Assembly: GCA_963663165.1 (NCBI GenBank)
Contig: OY760175.1
Coordinates: 320,001 to 384,000 of the forward strand
Length of the DNA: 64,000 nucleotides
Source of the DNA: an uncultured Desulfospira sp.
GTDB lineage: Bacteria; Desulfobacterota; Desulfobacteria; Desulfobacterales; Desulfobacteraceae
Reading direction: 5' to 3'
The notes below the pieces were generated by a model. The model ran no database searches and was not told the origin of the DNA. It saw only the letters and a list, made by a program, of their open reading frames with translations. Each line of letters begins with the position of its first letter. The stretch's first letter is position 1. Shown piece by piece: positions 38,511-47,131 of the stretch. A program made the translations under genes and the position numbers.

Positions 38511-40316
38511 TTATATCCAGTTTCTTTCCAGCTCCCTGATCCGCGACTGAAAGTATGACACGGTGGCCTCAATGGGGGCCTGGGTGCCCATGTCCACGCC
38601 GGCGGTTTTCAGTTCGTCAATGGGGAACATGGAACCGCCAAGGCCTAAAAATTTAAGATAATCATCCACCGCCGGCTGGCCAAGGTCGGTAATCCGCCCG
38701 GCAATGCTCAGGGCGGCGGCCAGCCCTGTGGCATACTTGTACACATAAAAGGATGAATAAAAATGGGGAATCCGCAGGGCTTCCAGGGTCAGGTTGTCGT
38801 CAATGACCATTTTGTCCCCAAAATAGACGGCCAGCAGATTTTTATACACCGAGGTAAAGGTATCAATGGTCAGTGCCCGGTTTTCACCGGCCAGCCCGTG
38901 GATGATATGCTCAAATTCGGCAAACATGGTCTGCCGGTAAAAGGTGGCCCGGATATTATCGATTTCCCGGTTCAGGATATAGGCTTTCATTTTGGGGTCA
39001 TCGTTGTAAATTTTCAGCAAATGCCGGGACAGAAGCGTTTCATTGAGGGTGGAGGCCACTTCCGCCACAAAAATAGTGTACCCGTGGGTGGGGTAGCCCT
39101 GGGTTTTGTTGGAAAAAAAGGTGTGCATGGAATGGCCGGCTTCATGGATTAGGGTAAACAGGCTGTTGATGGTGTCCGGATCATAGTTGAGCAGGATATA
39201 GGGGTTTGAGTCGTAACATCCCGAAGAATAGGCGCCGCTGCGCTTGCCTTTGTTCTCATACCGGTCCACCCAGCCGTGCAGCAGGCCCTTTTCCAGGGTA
39301 GCGGTGTAATCCTTTCCCAACGGCGCCAGGGCATCCATACAGGTGGCCACGGCCTGCTCATAGGGCATGTGAAAGGGGATGTCCGGCACCATTTGAACAT
39401 AGGTGTCGTACATGTGAAGCGCATCAACGCCCAACACCTTTTTTCTGAAATCCAGATACCGGTATAACGGGGACAGGCCCATTTTGACGCTGGCAATCAG
39501 ATTGTCATATACGGTTTCGGGCACATTATCGGCAAACAGGGCGGACTTTCGGGCCGAATCAAAGTGCCGGGCCCGGGCCCAGAACAGGTCTTTTTTTACC
39601 GAAGCCGACAGCGTGGCGGCAACGGCATGCCGGTGCTTGTCATATCCTTTATAATACTGGTCAAATACAGTCTTGCGAAAGGACCTGTCACCATGGCTCA
39701 AAAAGGTGATAAAATTGCCGTGGGTCAGGGGGGATTTTTTGCCGTCAGGTGTGGTAACGGTGCCAAAATCAAGGTCGGCATTGTCCAGCTGGGAGAAAAT
39801 GCGCTGGGGGGCGCCCAGGCTTTCCGAGGCCATGGCCAGCAGCTGTTCTGTCTGGGCGTCCCTGGTGTGGGGGATGTTTCTGATAATCTGTTCAAAGTAA
39901 AAGCGGTAGGGGGAAAAGGGCTCCTGATCCAGCCAGACGGCCAGCTGCTCCTCGGGAATGGCCTGGATTTCCGGGGCGATAAAACTTGCCGCCTCTCCCA
40001 TGCGCGTATACAGGTTGACGGCCCGCTGGAACAGGCCCTCATTGTCCGAATGGGTTTTATCCTCATCATTTCGCAGATGGGCAAAGGTATACAGCCGCTC
40101 CATATCCCGGCCCACACCATGGTCAAACTCAATACAGGAAAGCAAATCATCCGGCCCCTTGGAAAGTGTTCCCTTAAAGCCCTCATATTCAGGCAGCTTT
40201 TTTTCAACTGTTTCAAATAAAGTTTCCCATTCTTCGATGGCCTGAAACATGACAGACAGATCCCAGCAGTTGGCCGGGGAAACATTTTTCCTTGGGGTAT
40301 CTGGCGAATGAACCAT
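38511..40316 (-). CDS. pepF: Oligoendopeptidase F
   Basis: GKRSGAYS, HEAGHSMH, AEVAS, IPHFY. Confidence 0.95.
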   Translation of the reverse strand: MVHSPDTPRKNVSPANCWDLSVMFQAIEEWETLFETVEKKLPEYEGFKGTLSKGPDDLLSCIEFDHGVGRDMERLYTFAHLRNDEDKTHSDNEGLFQRAVNLYTRMGEAASFIAPEIQAIPEEQLAVWLDQEPFSPYRFYFEQIIRNIPHTRDAQTEQLLAMASESLGAPQRIFSQLDNADLDFGTVTTPDGKKSPLTHGNFITFLSHGDRSFRKTVFDQYYKGYDKHRHAVAATLSASVKKDLFWARARHFDSARKSALFADNVPETVYDNLIASVKMGLSPLYRYLDFRKKVLGVDALHMYDTYVQMVPDIPFHMPYEQAVATCMDALAPLGKDYTATLEKGLLHGWVDRYENKGKRSGAYSSGCYDSNPYILLNYDPDTINSLFTLIHEAGHSMHTFFSNKTQGYPTHGYTIFVAEVASTLNETLLSRHLLKIYNDDPKMKAYILNREIDNIRATFYRQTMFAEFEHIIHGLAGENRALTIDTFTSVYKNLLAVYFGDKMVIDDNLTLEALRIPHFYSSFYVYKYATGLAAALSIAGRITDLGQPAVDDYLKFLGLGGSMFPIDELKTAGVDMGTQAPIEATVSYFQSRIRELERNWI

Positions 40317-40533
40317 GGCAGTCTCCTTTGGGTGATGAATGAAGCGGATTTGTTGATATCTGGTTAAGGTATTGCGGCGGGTTTGTCAAGGCGGAAGGTT
40401 TGGCCCACAATACATATAGATGGCGGCACGGTGTGTGTTCTTTGCGGGGGGGGATTTTAATGTAAAAAAAACGGAAACCGGAGGAAGGGAGACGGGAGAC
40501 CGAAACCGTCAAGTTCCCTGGTTTGAACGGTAG

Positions 40534-40586
40534 GGTTGGAGCGGGCCATGCCCGCGATCGAATCGCGGGCATGGCCCGCTCTAACC
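40534..40586. repeat. REP doublet (REPIN-like) nested in GGAGAC heptamer arrays
   Basis: GGTTGGAGCGGGCCATGCCCGCGAT-cga-ATCGCGGGCATGGCCCGCTCTAACC; each arm is itself palindromic. Confidence 0.8.
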
Positions 40587-40728
40587 TCGCATTGGCCAAA
40601 AAAATAACGATAGCTGCCGGATGCCAGTTTCCCTTGGAGGGGCGCACCCGGTTTCCAGTCTGCCTTCCTCCGGTCTCCCTATGTTTTTGGGAGATCAACC
40701 CTATTAAATTAAAACATTGACAGCCTTT

Positions 40729-41310
40729 TTATGGGTTAATCTTCACAATATGTTTTGCCGTTTCCCTGGCCAGGTCCATAAGATCCTGCCGGTTTTTTGT
40801 TTTGATATCATCCGCCTTTAAAAGATTGCATCCCCTGACCAGATAGGTTTTCTCGAACCCGAGAATTTCAAATATTTTTTGATATTTCATACAGACTTCA
40901 GCAAAAAAATCATCTTCCCGGTTCTGGGCCGTAATCAGCACAAATTTTTTTCCCGGGGTTACCCGGCTTTTTTTGGGTACGGTTTCAAAAGGTTCCAGAA
41001 ATGAATAACACCGGTCAACAAAAATTTTAAGCTGGGCTGAGATGTCTGCAAAATAAATGGGCGTTGCCGCAACCAGGACATCAGCAGCTTGCACGGCAGA
41101 AAGAATTGTTGAGATATCATCTTTGATAACGCAATGATCTGTTTTGGTTTTACAGATATCGCAGGCTTGGCACCCTTTGATATCCAGTTTGTTTAACAAA
41201 AAAGACTGGACATCAGCCCCGGAAGATTCAGCTGTTTCCATAAATGCTTTGGCAAGGGTTGCCGTATTTCCATTGGGCCTTGGGCTGCCAAAAAGTGTGA
41301 CGATTTTCAT
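40729..41310 (-). CDS. Flavodoxin family / iron-sulfur flavoprotein
   Basis: GSPRPNGNT, CQACDIC...C, TPIYF. Confidence 0.88.
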   Translation of the reverse strand: MKIVTLFGSPRPNGNTATLAKAFMETAESSGADVQSFLLNKLDIKGCQACDICKTKTDHCVIKDDISTILSAVQAADVLVAATPIYFADISAQLKIFVDRCYSFLEPFETVPKKSRVTPGKKFVLITAQNREDDFFAEVCMKYQKIFEILGFEKTYLVRGCNLLKADDIKTKNRQDLMDLARETAKHIVKINP

Positions 41311-41491
41311 TTTGTTTCTCCTTGTTTAACCATTTTAATGCCTGGGTGAACCAACATTGCCCCTTTTCTTACCAGGAATGTTAAAAAAAACATCCCCCAT
41401 TTGGGTGAATTCTTTTATTGTTTTCAGGCGGCTTAAACTATATGGTTTTTAAGTTGGAACGGATATCTGTCATTTTTAAAGGAGGTACCAC

Positions 41492-42253
41492 ATGATCAAC
41501 TATAATTCAATCGGCACGGGTTCTAACAAAGTTCTTGTTTTTCATGGCTGGAAAATGGAGCACACCTGCTTTGACGGCATGGTTCAGGCCCTGGACAAAG
41601 AAAAGTTTACTTACATCTTTGCTGACCTGAGAGGGTACGGGCTGTCCCGGGATCTGCCGGGGCCTTATTCCATTGAGCAGACCGCTGCCGATCTGCTGGA
41701 ATTAGCCGATTCGTTAAACCTTGAAACCTTTCACATCATCGGCCATTCCATGGGGGGCAAGGTGATCTGCCGTCTGGCGGCCGACGCCCCGGAAAGGATT
41801 AAAAGCGCCATCGGGGTTACCCCTTGTCCGCCGGTAACCATTCCCTTTGATGACCAGGGATGGGCCCTGTTTTCCAACAGTGCCACGGATATGTCCTGCC
41901 GGGAAGAGGTGTTCCGGCTGTCAACGGGCAACCGCCTGACCCCGGCCTGGTATAAAATGATTGCTGAAAAATCCATGCAGGCCAGTGAACAAACCGCATT
42001 TTCCGATTATCTCGAATCATGGGTGAATTACGAATGTGTGGATGATTGTGCCGGGTCCCGGGTCCCGTTAAAAATTATTGCCGGTGAATTTGACCCTGAC
42101 CTGACATACGGCCTGATGCAGGAAACATTTGGAAAGTTTTTTCCCAATGTTGAAATTATGCAACTGTCCAATTGCGGCCATTATCCCATGTACGAAACCC
42201 CGCTGGCACTGGCTGCTGAATGGGAAAATTTTCTGGGAAGGCATGTCGGGTGA
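41492..42253 (+). CDS. Alpha/beta hydrolase
   Basis: VFHGW, DLRGYG, GHSMGG, CGHYP. Confidence 0.88.
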   Translation: MINYNSIGTGSNKVLVFHGWKMEHTCFDGMVQALDKEKFTYIFADLRGYGLSRDLPGPYSIEQTAADLLELADSLNLETFHIIGHSMGGKVICRLAADAPERIKSAIGVTPCPPVTIPFDDQGWALFSNSATDMSCREEVFRLSTGNRLTPAWYKMIAEKSMQASEQTAFSDYLESWVNYECVDDCAGSRVPLKIIAGEFDPDLTYGLMQETFGKFFPNVEIMQLSNCGHYPMYETPLALAAEWENFLGRHVG

Positions 42254-42390
42254 AAGGCATAAGCCATTAGCCGGTAGCTTTTGGGGTATGCCATCCCACT
42301 CCGGCGATACATTCCAACGACCGGGGACAAATTACCGGGCAGGTTGCAGCATTCCATTTTTTAGGAAAAGCAATGGCCTTCAAAAAGCAG

Positions 42391-42720
42391 TTAGTCCTCC
42401 GGATCGGCTGGAGCGTTTTGCCGGGCTGATCGTTTAGCCATCCATTTTTTTAGTGATGAATTGCTTTCACCAGATGCTTTACCGGCCAACAGGCCCTCAA
42501 TACTAATATCTTCATCAATATCTTCCCAGTGTATGCCTTCACCCCGGCCGATGATACGCCAGTTATTCCGTTCTTCCTGATTAGCGCATACCAACCTCGG
42601 AAACCAGGCCAATGGTGCTGAAATACTGCGACCATCGCTTAAATCAATATTTAATAGCTCCGATGTTACGAGAACATCTTGTGCGTATGGTACCTCTATT
42701 TCAATTGTTAAAGTACTCAT
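42391..42720 (-). CDS. DUF2442 domain protein (putative antitoxin)
   Basis: LSDGRSISAPLAWFPRL, GIHWEDIDEDIS. Confidence 0.88.
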   Translation of the reverse strand: MSTLTIEIEVPYAQDVLVTSELLNIDLSDGRSISAPLAWFPRLVCANQEERNNWRIIGRGEGIHWEDIDEDISIEGLLAGKASGESNSSLKKWMAKRSARQNAPADPED

Positions 42721-42859
42721 TCCAAGCCTCTACAATTTGTTCTTCATTGTCCTGAATCTTTTTTTGAAGATCATTAATTTCTTTTGCTCTAAAGCCACCA
42801 CTCTTATGAAGTCTTACCGGATCAAGCCAGAATTTTGCAACTTTGTCCTCTTTTTCAAT
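42701..42859 (-). pseudogene. 5'-truncated DUF4160 protein
   Basis: Manual translation IEKEDKVAKFWLDPVRLHKSGGFRAKEIND...EAWNEYFNN*; overlaps the DUF2442 start; in-frame stop and no start codon upstream. Confidence 0.75.
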
Positions 42860-42934
42860 TTGTTGTTTTATATTAATTTTTATACGTTAAGTTTGCAACA
42901 AATAGTGTGCCAATGAGATTCGGGAACGAAACAG

Positions 42935-43723
42935 CTATCGGCTGTCCCCCACGATGCCGGAAATAAACTCTCCCATCACGGTGACCACTGCCTGTTTTTT
43001 TTCCAGATGGGGGATATGGCCGCAGTCTTCAATAATCTCCATGCAGCCGTTTGGGGCTTTGGTTGCCATGCTGGAAAGCTGGGCCAGGGTGGCCGTGGGG
43101 TCCTGGCGGCCCTGGACTGCCAGGAAGGGCACCGTTATATGTTTGAGATATTTTTCAATATTCCAAAAGTTAAAGCGGGGGTCAAGCCAGGTTTTGTTCC
43201 ATCCAAAGAAAGCCGTGTCCGTGTTGGTCCCGTGGTACCGTTCCAGTTTCTGTTTGAGGTCGGTTTCCAGATAGGCTTTTCGGGCCTCTTTGAGAAAGGC
43301 TGTGGTGACCGGTTCGCAATACAAGTGGGCCGCCTCGGTGATCAGTCCTGTAAGATGGGCGGCGTGGGGGCTTCCTGCGTAAATAATGCCGATGGAACCG
43401 CCGTCTGAATGGCCCATGATGATATGGTCCCTGATTCGGGCGGCAGACAATACCTTGGGCAGCACCTTCAGGGCTTCTTTGTGAAGATAGGTTTTTTTTC
43501 GGGGAAGGGGGCAGGGATCGGAATGCCCGTAGCCGGCCCGGGTATACATGAACCCGGTTAACTGGGTTTGCCTGCAAAGCATTTCAGGAAAATCCTTCCA
43601 AAGATCAATGCAGCCCAGGCCCTCATGAAGAAACACCAGCACCGGGGCATCAGGTGTTCTATAAGTTTCTTCAATCCACTGATACTCCAGCTGCTGGCCG
43701 TCTATTTCAAGAAAAGACCTCAT
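42935..43723 (-). CDS. Alpha/beta hydrolase
   Basis: FLHEGLG, GHSDGG, CGHIPH. Confidence 0.88.
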   Translation of the reverse strand: MRSFLEIDGQQLEYQWIEETYRTPDAPVLVFLHEGLGCIDLWKDFPEMLCRQTQLTGFMYTRAGYGHSDPCPLPRKKTYLHKEALKVLPKVLSAARIRDHIIMGHSDGGSIGIIYAGSPHAAHLTGLITEAAHLYCEPVTTAFLKEARKAYLETDLKQKLERYHGTNTDTAFFGWNKTWLDPRFNFWNIEKYLKHITVPFLAVQGRQDPTATLAQLSSMATKAPNGCMEIIEDCGHIPHLEKKQAVVTVMGEFISGIVGDSR

Positions 43724-43738
43724 GGGTTCATCCTTGCC

Positions 43739-44275
43739 CTATTTGCCGGCCCTTTTTTTAAGGGTCTCATAGGCGGTTTGGATTTCCAAAAATTTTTCAT
43801 TGGCCAGGTGGGCAAATTCTTTTCCAAGATGCTGGACCTTGTCCGGATGGTATTTTTTAATGTTTTCCTTATACGCGGCATGGATCTGTTCCCAGGACGC
43901 ATCCGGCCCAAGCCCTAAAATGTCGTGGGGGGATTTGGGCTGTTCGGCCCGGTCCTGCTGCCGGGAGTTGGTTTCAGATGTGGATGTTCCGGACGCCCGG
44001 GAACGGTTTTGTTTGGGGCCGCTGCCGTTCGGGGTGCCGGTAAAGCGCTTGCCGCCTTGCCCGGCCGGACCCGGTGATTTTCCCGGGACCCCTCTTTTTT
44101 TAAACAAAAACCAGGGCATCTGCCCGTACCGGATCAGGTAATAAACCGTCCAGAGAACCAGGCCGTCATCCAACCAGCCCAGGTACGGGACCAGGATATC
44201 GGGAATGATATCCACCGGGGAAATCAGGTAGGCCAGACCAAAAAGGATCAGGGCAAATTTGACATAGGCATTCAT
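43739..44275 (-). CDS. DUF1232 + DnaJ-domain protein
   Basis: YLISPVDIIPD...GWLDD; J-domain KYHPDK. Confidence 0.85.
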   Translation of the reverse strand: MNAYVKFALILFGLAYLISPVDIIPDILVPYLGWLDDGLVLWTVYYLIRYGQMPWFLFKKRGVPGKSPGPAGQGGKRFTGTPNGSGPKQNRSRASGTSTSETNSRQQDRAEQPKSPHDILGLGPDASWEQIHAAYKENIKKYHPDKVQHLGKEFAHLANEKFLEIQTAYETLKKRAGK

Positions 44276-44286
44276 CAGAAAAAGGC

Positions 44287-45120
44287 TTATGCGGTTTTTA
44301 ACACGTCAATCATGGTGAATAACATCTGGCCGCTGTTGTGTTGTGATCGTTTGCGGTCCAGAAAAACCACGGCATCAAGGGTGCCTGAGATATAAATGTC
44401 CCGGCCGTTGATGTTGTGTTTAAACTCAAATTTGACGGTGTTGTCCGGAGAGGTCAGGGTATAGGTATGCCACCCGTGGCCGGACAGATATGCTTTGGGG
44501 ATCTGCCATTCTTTTTCCTGGATTTCAGGGTCCCTGATCTGTTCAATGTCGTCGACACTGAAGTTGGCCCCCAACTGGTTGAAGTACCCGACCATGGCCT
44601 TGGCTGTCCCCGAGGTGTCGGCCTTTCCCTGCTGGTGGCTTTCGGTTACCTTAAGGGTATACCCGTCAAACAGGCCGGGAAAGGTGGTGGCCGCAAATTC
44701 CATCATGGCCTGGAATCCCACGATCTGTTTGGCCATGTTGGGTGCAATTACAGCAGGGGTCTGCCCGTTTTTTACCGTATTCTCAAGATCATCCCTGTCC
44801 CCGCCCGTGGTGCCCATGACAAAGGGGATGTGATGTTCAACGTAAAACTTTGCATTGGCATTGACCGCTGTGGGGTGGGTGTAATCAATGGCCATAAAAT
44901 CGGTGAACCGGGTTTTGATCTCATGGATCGTCTGGGCTCTGTCCTCAGGCCGGACCAGGGCCACATCCGTCCCGGCAACAGCAAAAGAGGCATCCTGGAT
45001 TTCAGGCCCGGTCAGGGAATAGGGAACCAGTTCAAACCGCTCATCTTTCATGGCGGCTTCAGCTATGGTTCTGGCCACATTCCCGGGCAAACCATTGATC
45101 ATAATCTTAATTTTTTTCAT
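44287..45120 (-). CDS. dapB: 4-hydroxy-tetrahydrodipicolinate reductase
   Basis: NGLPGN, FVMGTTG, ESHQQGKADTSGTA. Confidence 0.88.
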   Translation of the reverse strand: MKKIKIMINGLPGNVARTIAEAAMKDERFELVPYSLTGPEIQDASFAVAGTDVALVRPEDRAQTIHEIKTRFTDFMAIDYTHPTAVNANAKFYVEHHIPFVMGTTGGDRDDLENTVKNGQTPAVIAPNMAKQIVGFQAMMEFAATTFPGLFDGYTLKVTESHQQGKADTSGTAKAMVGYFNQLGANFSVDDIEQIRDPEIQEKEWQIPKAYLSGHGWHTYTLTSPDNTVKFEFKHNINGRDIYISGTLDAVVFLDRKRSQHNSGQMLFTMIDVLKTA

Positions 45121-45145
45121 ATCGTGTCTCTATCCTGGTTTTAAT

Positions 45146-45231
45146 TTGGACTTGGGGCTTGGGGTATGGGTTATGGGGTTTTTAACGCAAATCCAAAGTC
45201 CCAAGTCCCATAACCCAAGTCCCATAACCCA
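45146..45231. repeat. TGGGA/TGGGT-type heptamer inverted array
   Basis: TTGGACTTGGGGCTTGGGGTATGGGTTATGGG ... CCCAAGTCCCATAACCCAAGTCCCATAACCCA. Confidence 0.75.
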
Positions 45232-45232
45232 T

Positions 45233-45322
45233 TTACATGAAAGTCTCATTAACAAGCCGAAAAGACTTTCATTTTTCGTTGTGGACGGTGCTTGGTTGGA
45301 TAATCCAAGCCGTCCGTGACGG
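45233..45322. repeat. 90-bp structured repeat, inverted copy
   Basis: Reverse-complement homolog of 21420-21509; abuts the TTATAA that contains the stop of the upstream ORF. Confidence 0.88.
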
Positions 45323-47032
45323 TTATAAGGATTTAACAAATGGGGCCAGTTTCTCAAATTCACGGCCCCGGGGTCGGTCAAAAAAGGCTTTCAGCTCATT
45401 GAGGGCATGGGGAATATAGGCTTCAAACCCTATCTTTCCCTTAACCCGGCTTAAAAATCCAAAGGCCCCCAGGATCTGAAAATTTCTGGCCAGCCGGCAA
45501 AAGGCATAGGATTCAGAAAACGGTTCTTTTTGCCGGGAACCTGTAATGCCAATGGCCTTGACCGCATAGGCCAGAAGATCCTGCTGGACATCTTCGGGCA
45601 GTTTAACATAAGGGTCAATCAAAAGGGAAGCCAGATCATACTGGATGGGGCCGATCCTTGCCGACTGAAAGTCAATAAAATAAATATGCTGGTGTTGAAC
45701 CATGATATTCCTGGACTGCATGTCCCGGTGCATCAGTCCGGTGTGCCCGTGTGCCAGGGCCAGGTCGGCGATCCGGCCAAACTCATCCTCAAAGGTCTCA
45801 AATTCACATGCCGCATGAAGGTAATTTTTAGCAAAAGCGTCTATAAAGTAGCGGCATTCTTTTTCCAGGATCAGTTCCTTGGAATAGGTTTGGGTCTGGC
45901 AGGTCCAGGACGGGTCAAACCCTTTAATCCCTTCCCGGGAAAAAACAACCATCCGGTCAATGACCTGCCGATACAGGCGGATCAGGCCGTCCCGGTCCTG
46001 TTGGGAAACCAGGTCGCAAAGGTGGGTGTTCCCAAGGTCTTCTAAAGCCACCATGCCGGACAGTTCGTCATGGGCGAGAATCCGGGGGGTTGCCATGCCT
46101 TTGGTGGAAAGATGGGTGCCAATCTTAACAAAGGCCCGGAGCTGATCAAGGGGGGCACTGGAAAATTGCTCATGGTCCGGGCAGATGCCATGGTCACTGA
46201 TCACCGTGGATCGAATGTCCGTATCATTTCTGGTCGGCACCGAAGCGGGAAGTTCGGCCCGGTACCATTTCCGGTCTGATCCGTCCCCGTCCAGAAGGGT
46301 GATGTCTAAATCAGCAAGCCCTGTGGCCTCAAGCGTTTCCGGGCAGAACCCGAATGCTTTGGCCGCCGTCCACCGCCGGGCGGTTTCCTGGTAAGCGGGG
46401 ACGGTCCCGATATCCGCCCAGAAAAACGAGGGGGGCAAATAAGCCTTAACCGCCCCCTGGCCGGTTAAAGAGCGGTAAACGTCAATGGATGAAAATTTTT
46501 CTTTATCCGGGAAAAACTTGAAAATTTGAGGGGACAGGACCTGGATCCCGGTAAAGGCAAGTCCGGTTTTGGGGGTATCAAAATCAAGAATCACACCGTT
46601 GTCAGCCACCCTGATTTTATTAAACGGTTCATAATGGTGAAGGGCCAGGGTGGCGAAAGCGCTTGAAGTCACATGGGCCCGGTAAAGGCCTTTCAGGTCA
46701 AGATCCGATACAATATCCGAGTTGACCACAAAAAAAGGGGCATCATCCAGAAAAGACCGGATATTGGCAATGGCACCGCCGGTATCCAGAATCCGGGGCT
46801 CATGAACCAGCTGTATCCGGGCATCGGTTTTCAGATCATTAACAAAGGCCGCCACCTGGTCATGGAGGTGATGGGTGTTGATCAGAATATGGCCGCATCC
46901 GGCCCGGGCCAGCTTTTGGATATTGAGTTCCAGCAGTGTCTGGTTGCCCAGGGTGAACAAAGGCTTGGGCAGGACCTTTGTATAGGGCATCAGCCTTGTC
47001 CCGAATCCTGCGGCAAGAATCAGTGCTTTCAT
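45323..47032 (-). CDS. Fused nucleotidyltransferase (MurU-like) / phosphotransferase (AmgK-like)
   Basis: LAAGFGTRL...PKPL, LDTGG; then GDGSDRKWYR, LEDLG, HRDMQSRN, IDFQ. Confidence 0.85.
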   Translation of the reverse strand: MKALILAAGFGTRLMPYTKVLPKPLFTLGNQTLLELNIQKLARAGCGHILINTHHLHDQVAAFVNDLKTDARIQLVHEPRILDTGGAIANIRSFLDDAPFFVVNSDIVSDLDLKGLYRAHVTSSAFATLALHHYEPFNKIRVADNGVILDFDTPKTGLAFTGIQVLSPQIFKFFPDKEKFSSIDVYRSLTGQGAVKAYLPPSFFWADIGTVPAYQETARRWTAAKAFGFCPETLEATGLADLDITLLDGDGSDRKWYRAELPASVPTRNDTDIRSTVISDHGICPDHEQFSSAPLDQLRAFVKIGTHLSTKGMATPRILAHDELSGMVALEDLGNTHLCDLVSQQDRDGLIRLYRQVIDRMVVFSREGIKGFDPSWTCQTQTYSKELILEKECRYFIDAFAKNYLHAACEFETFEDEFGRIADLALAHGHTGLMHRDMQSRNIMVQHQHIYFIDFQSARIGPIQYDLASLLIDPYVKLPEDVQQDLLAYAVKAIGITGSRQKEPFSESYAFCRLARNFQILGAFGFLSRVKGKIGFEAYIPHALNELKAFFDRPRGREFEKLAPFVKSL

Positions 47033-47034
47033 AA

Positions 47035-47130
47035 ATTAGCGTTTAGCCTTTAGCGGTTAGCTCTTAGCTGACAGGGGTTAGCGGTTTTTCCTTTCCAGTC
47101 TCCGGTTTCCAGCCCCCGGTCTCCCTTTCC
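47035..47130. repeat. TTAGC-type and GTCTCC-type heptamer arrays
   Basis: TTAGCGT TTAGCCT TTAGCGG TTAGCTC TTAGCTG; then TTTCCAG TCTCCGG TTTCCAG. Confidence 0.75.
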
Positions 47131-47131
47131 T

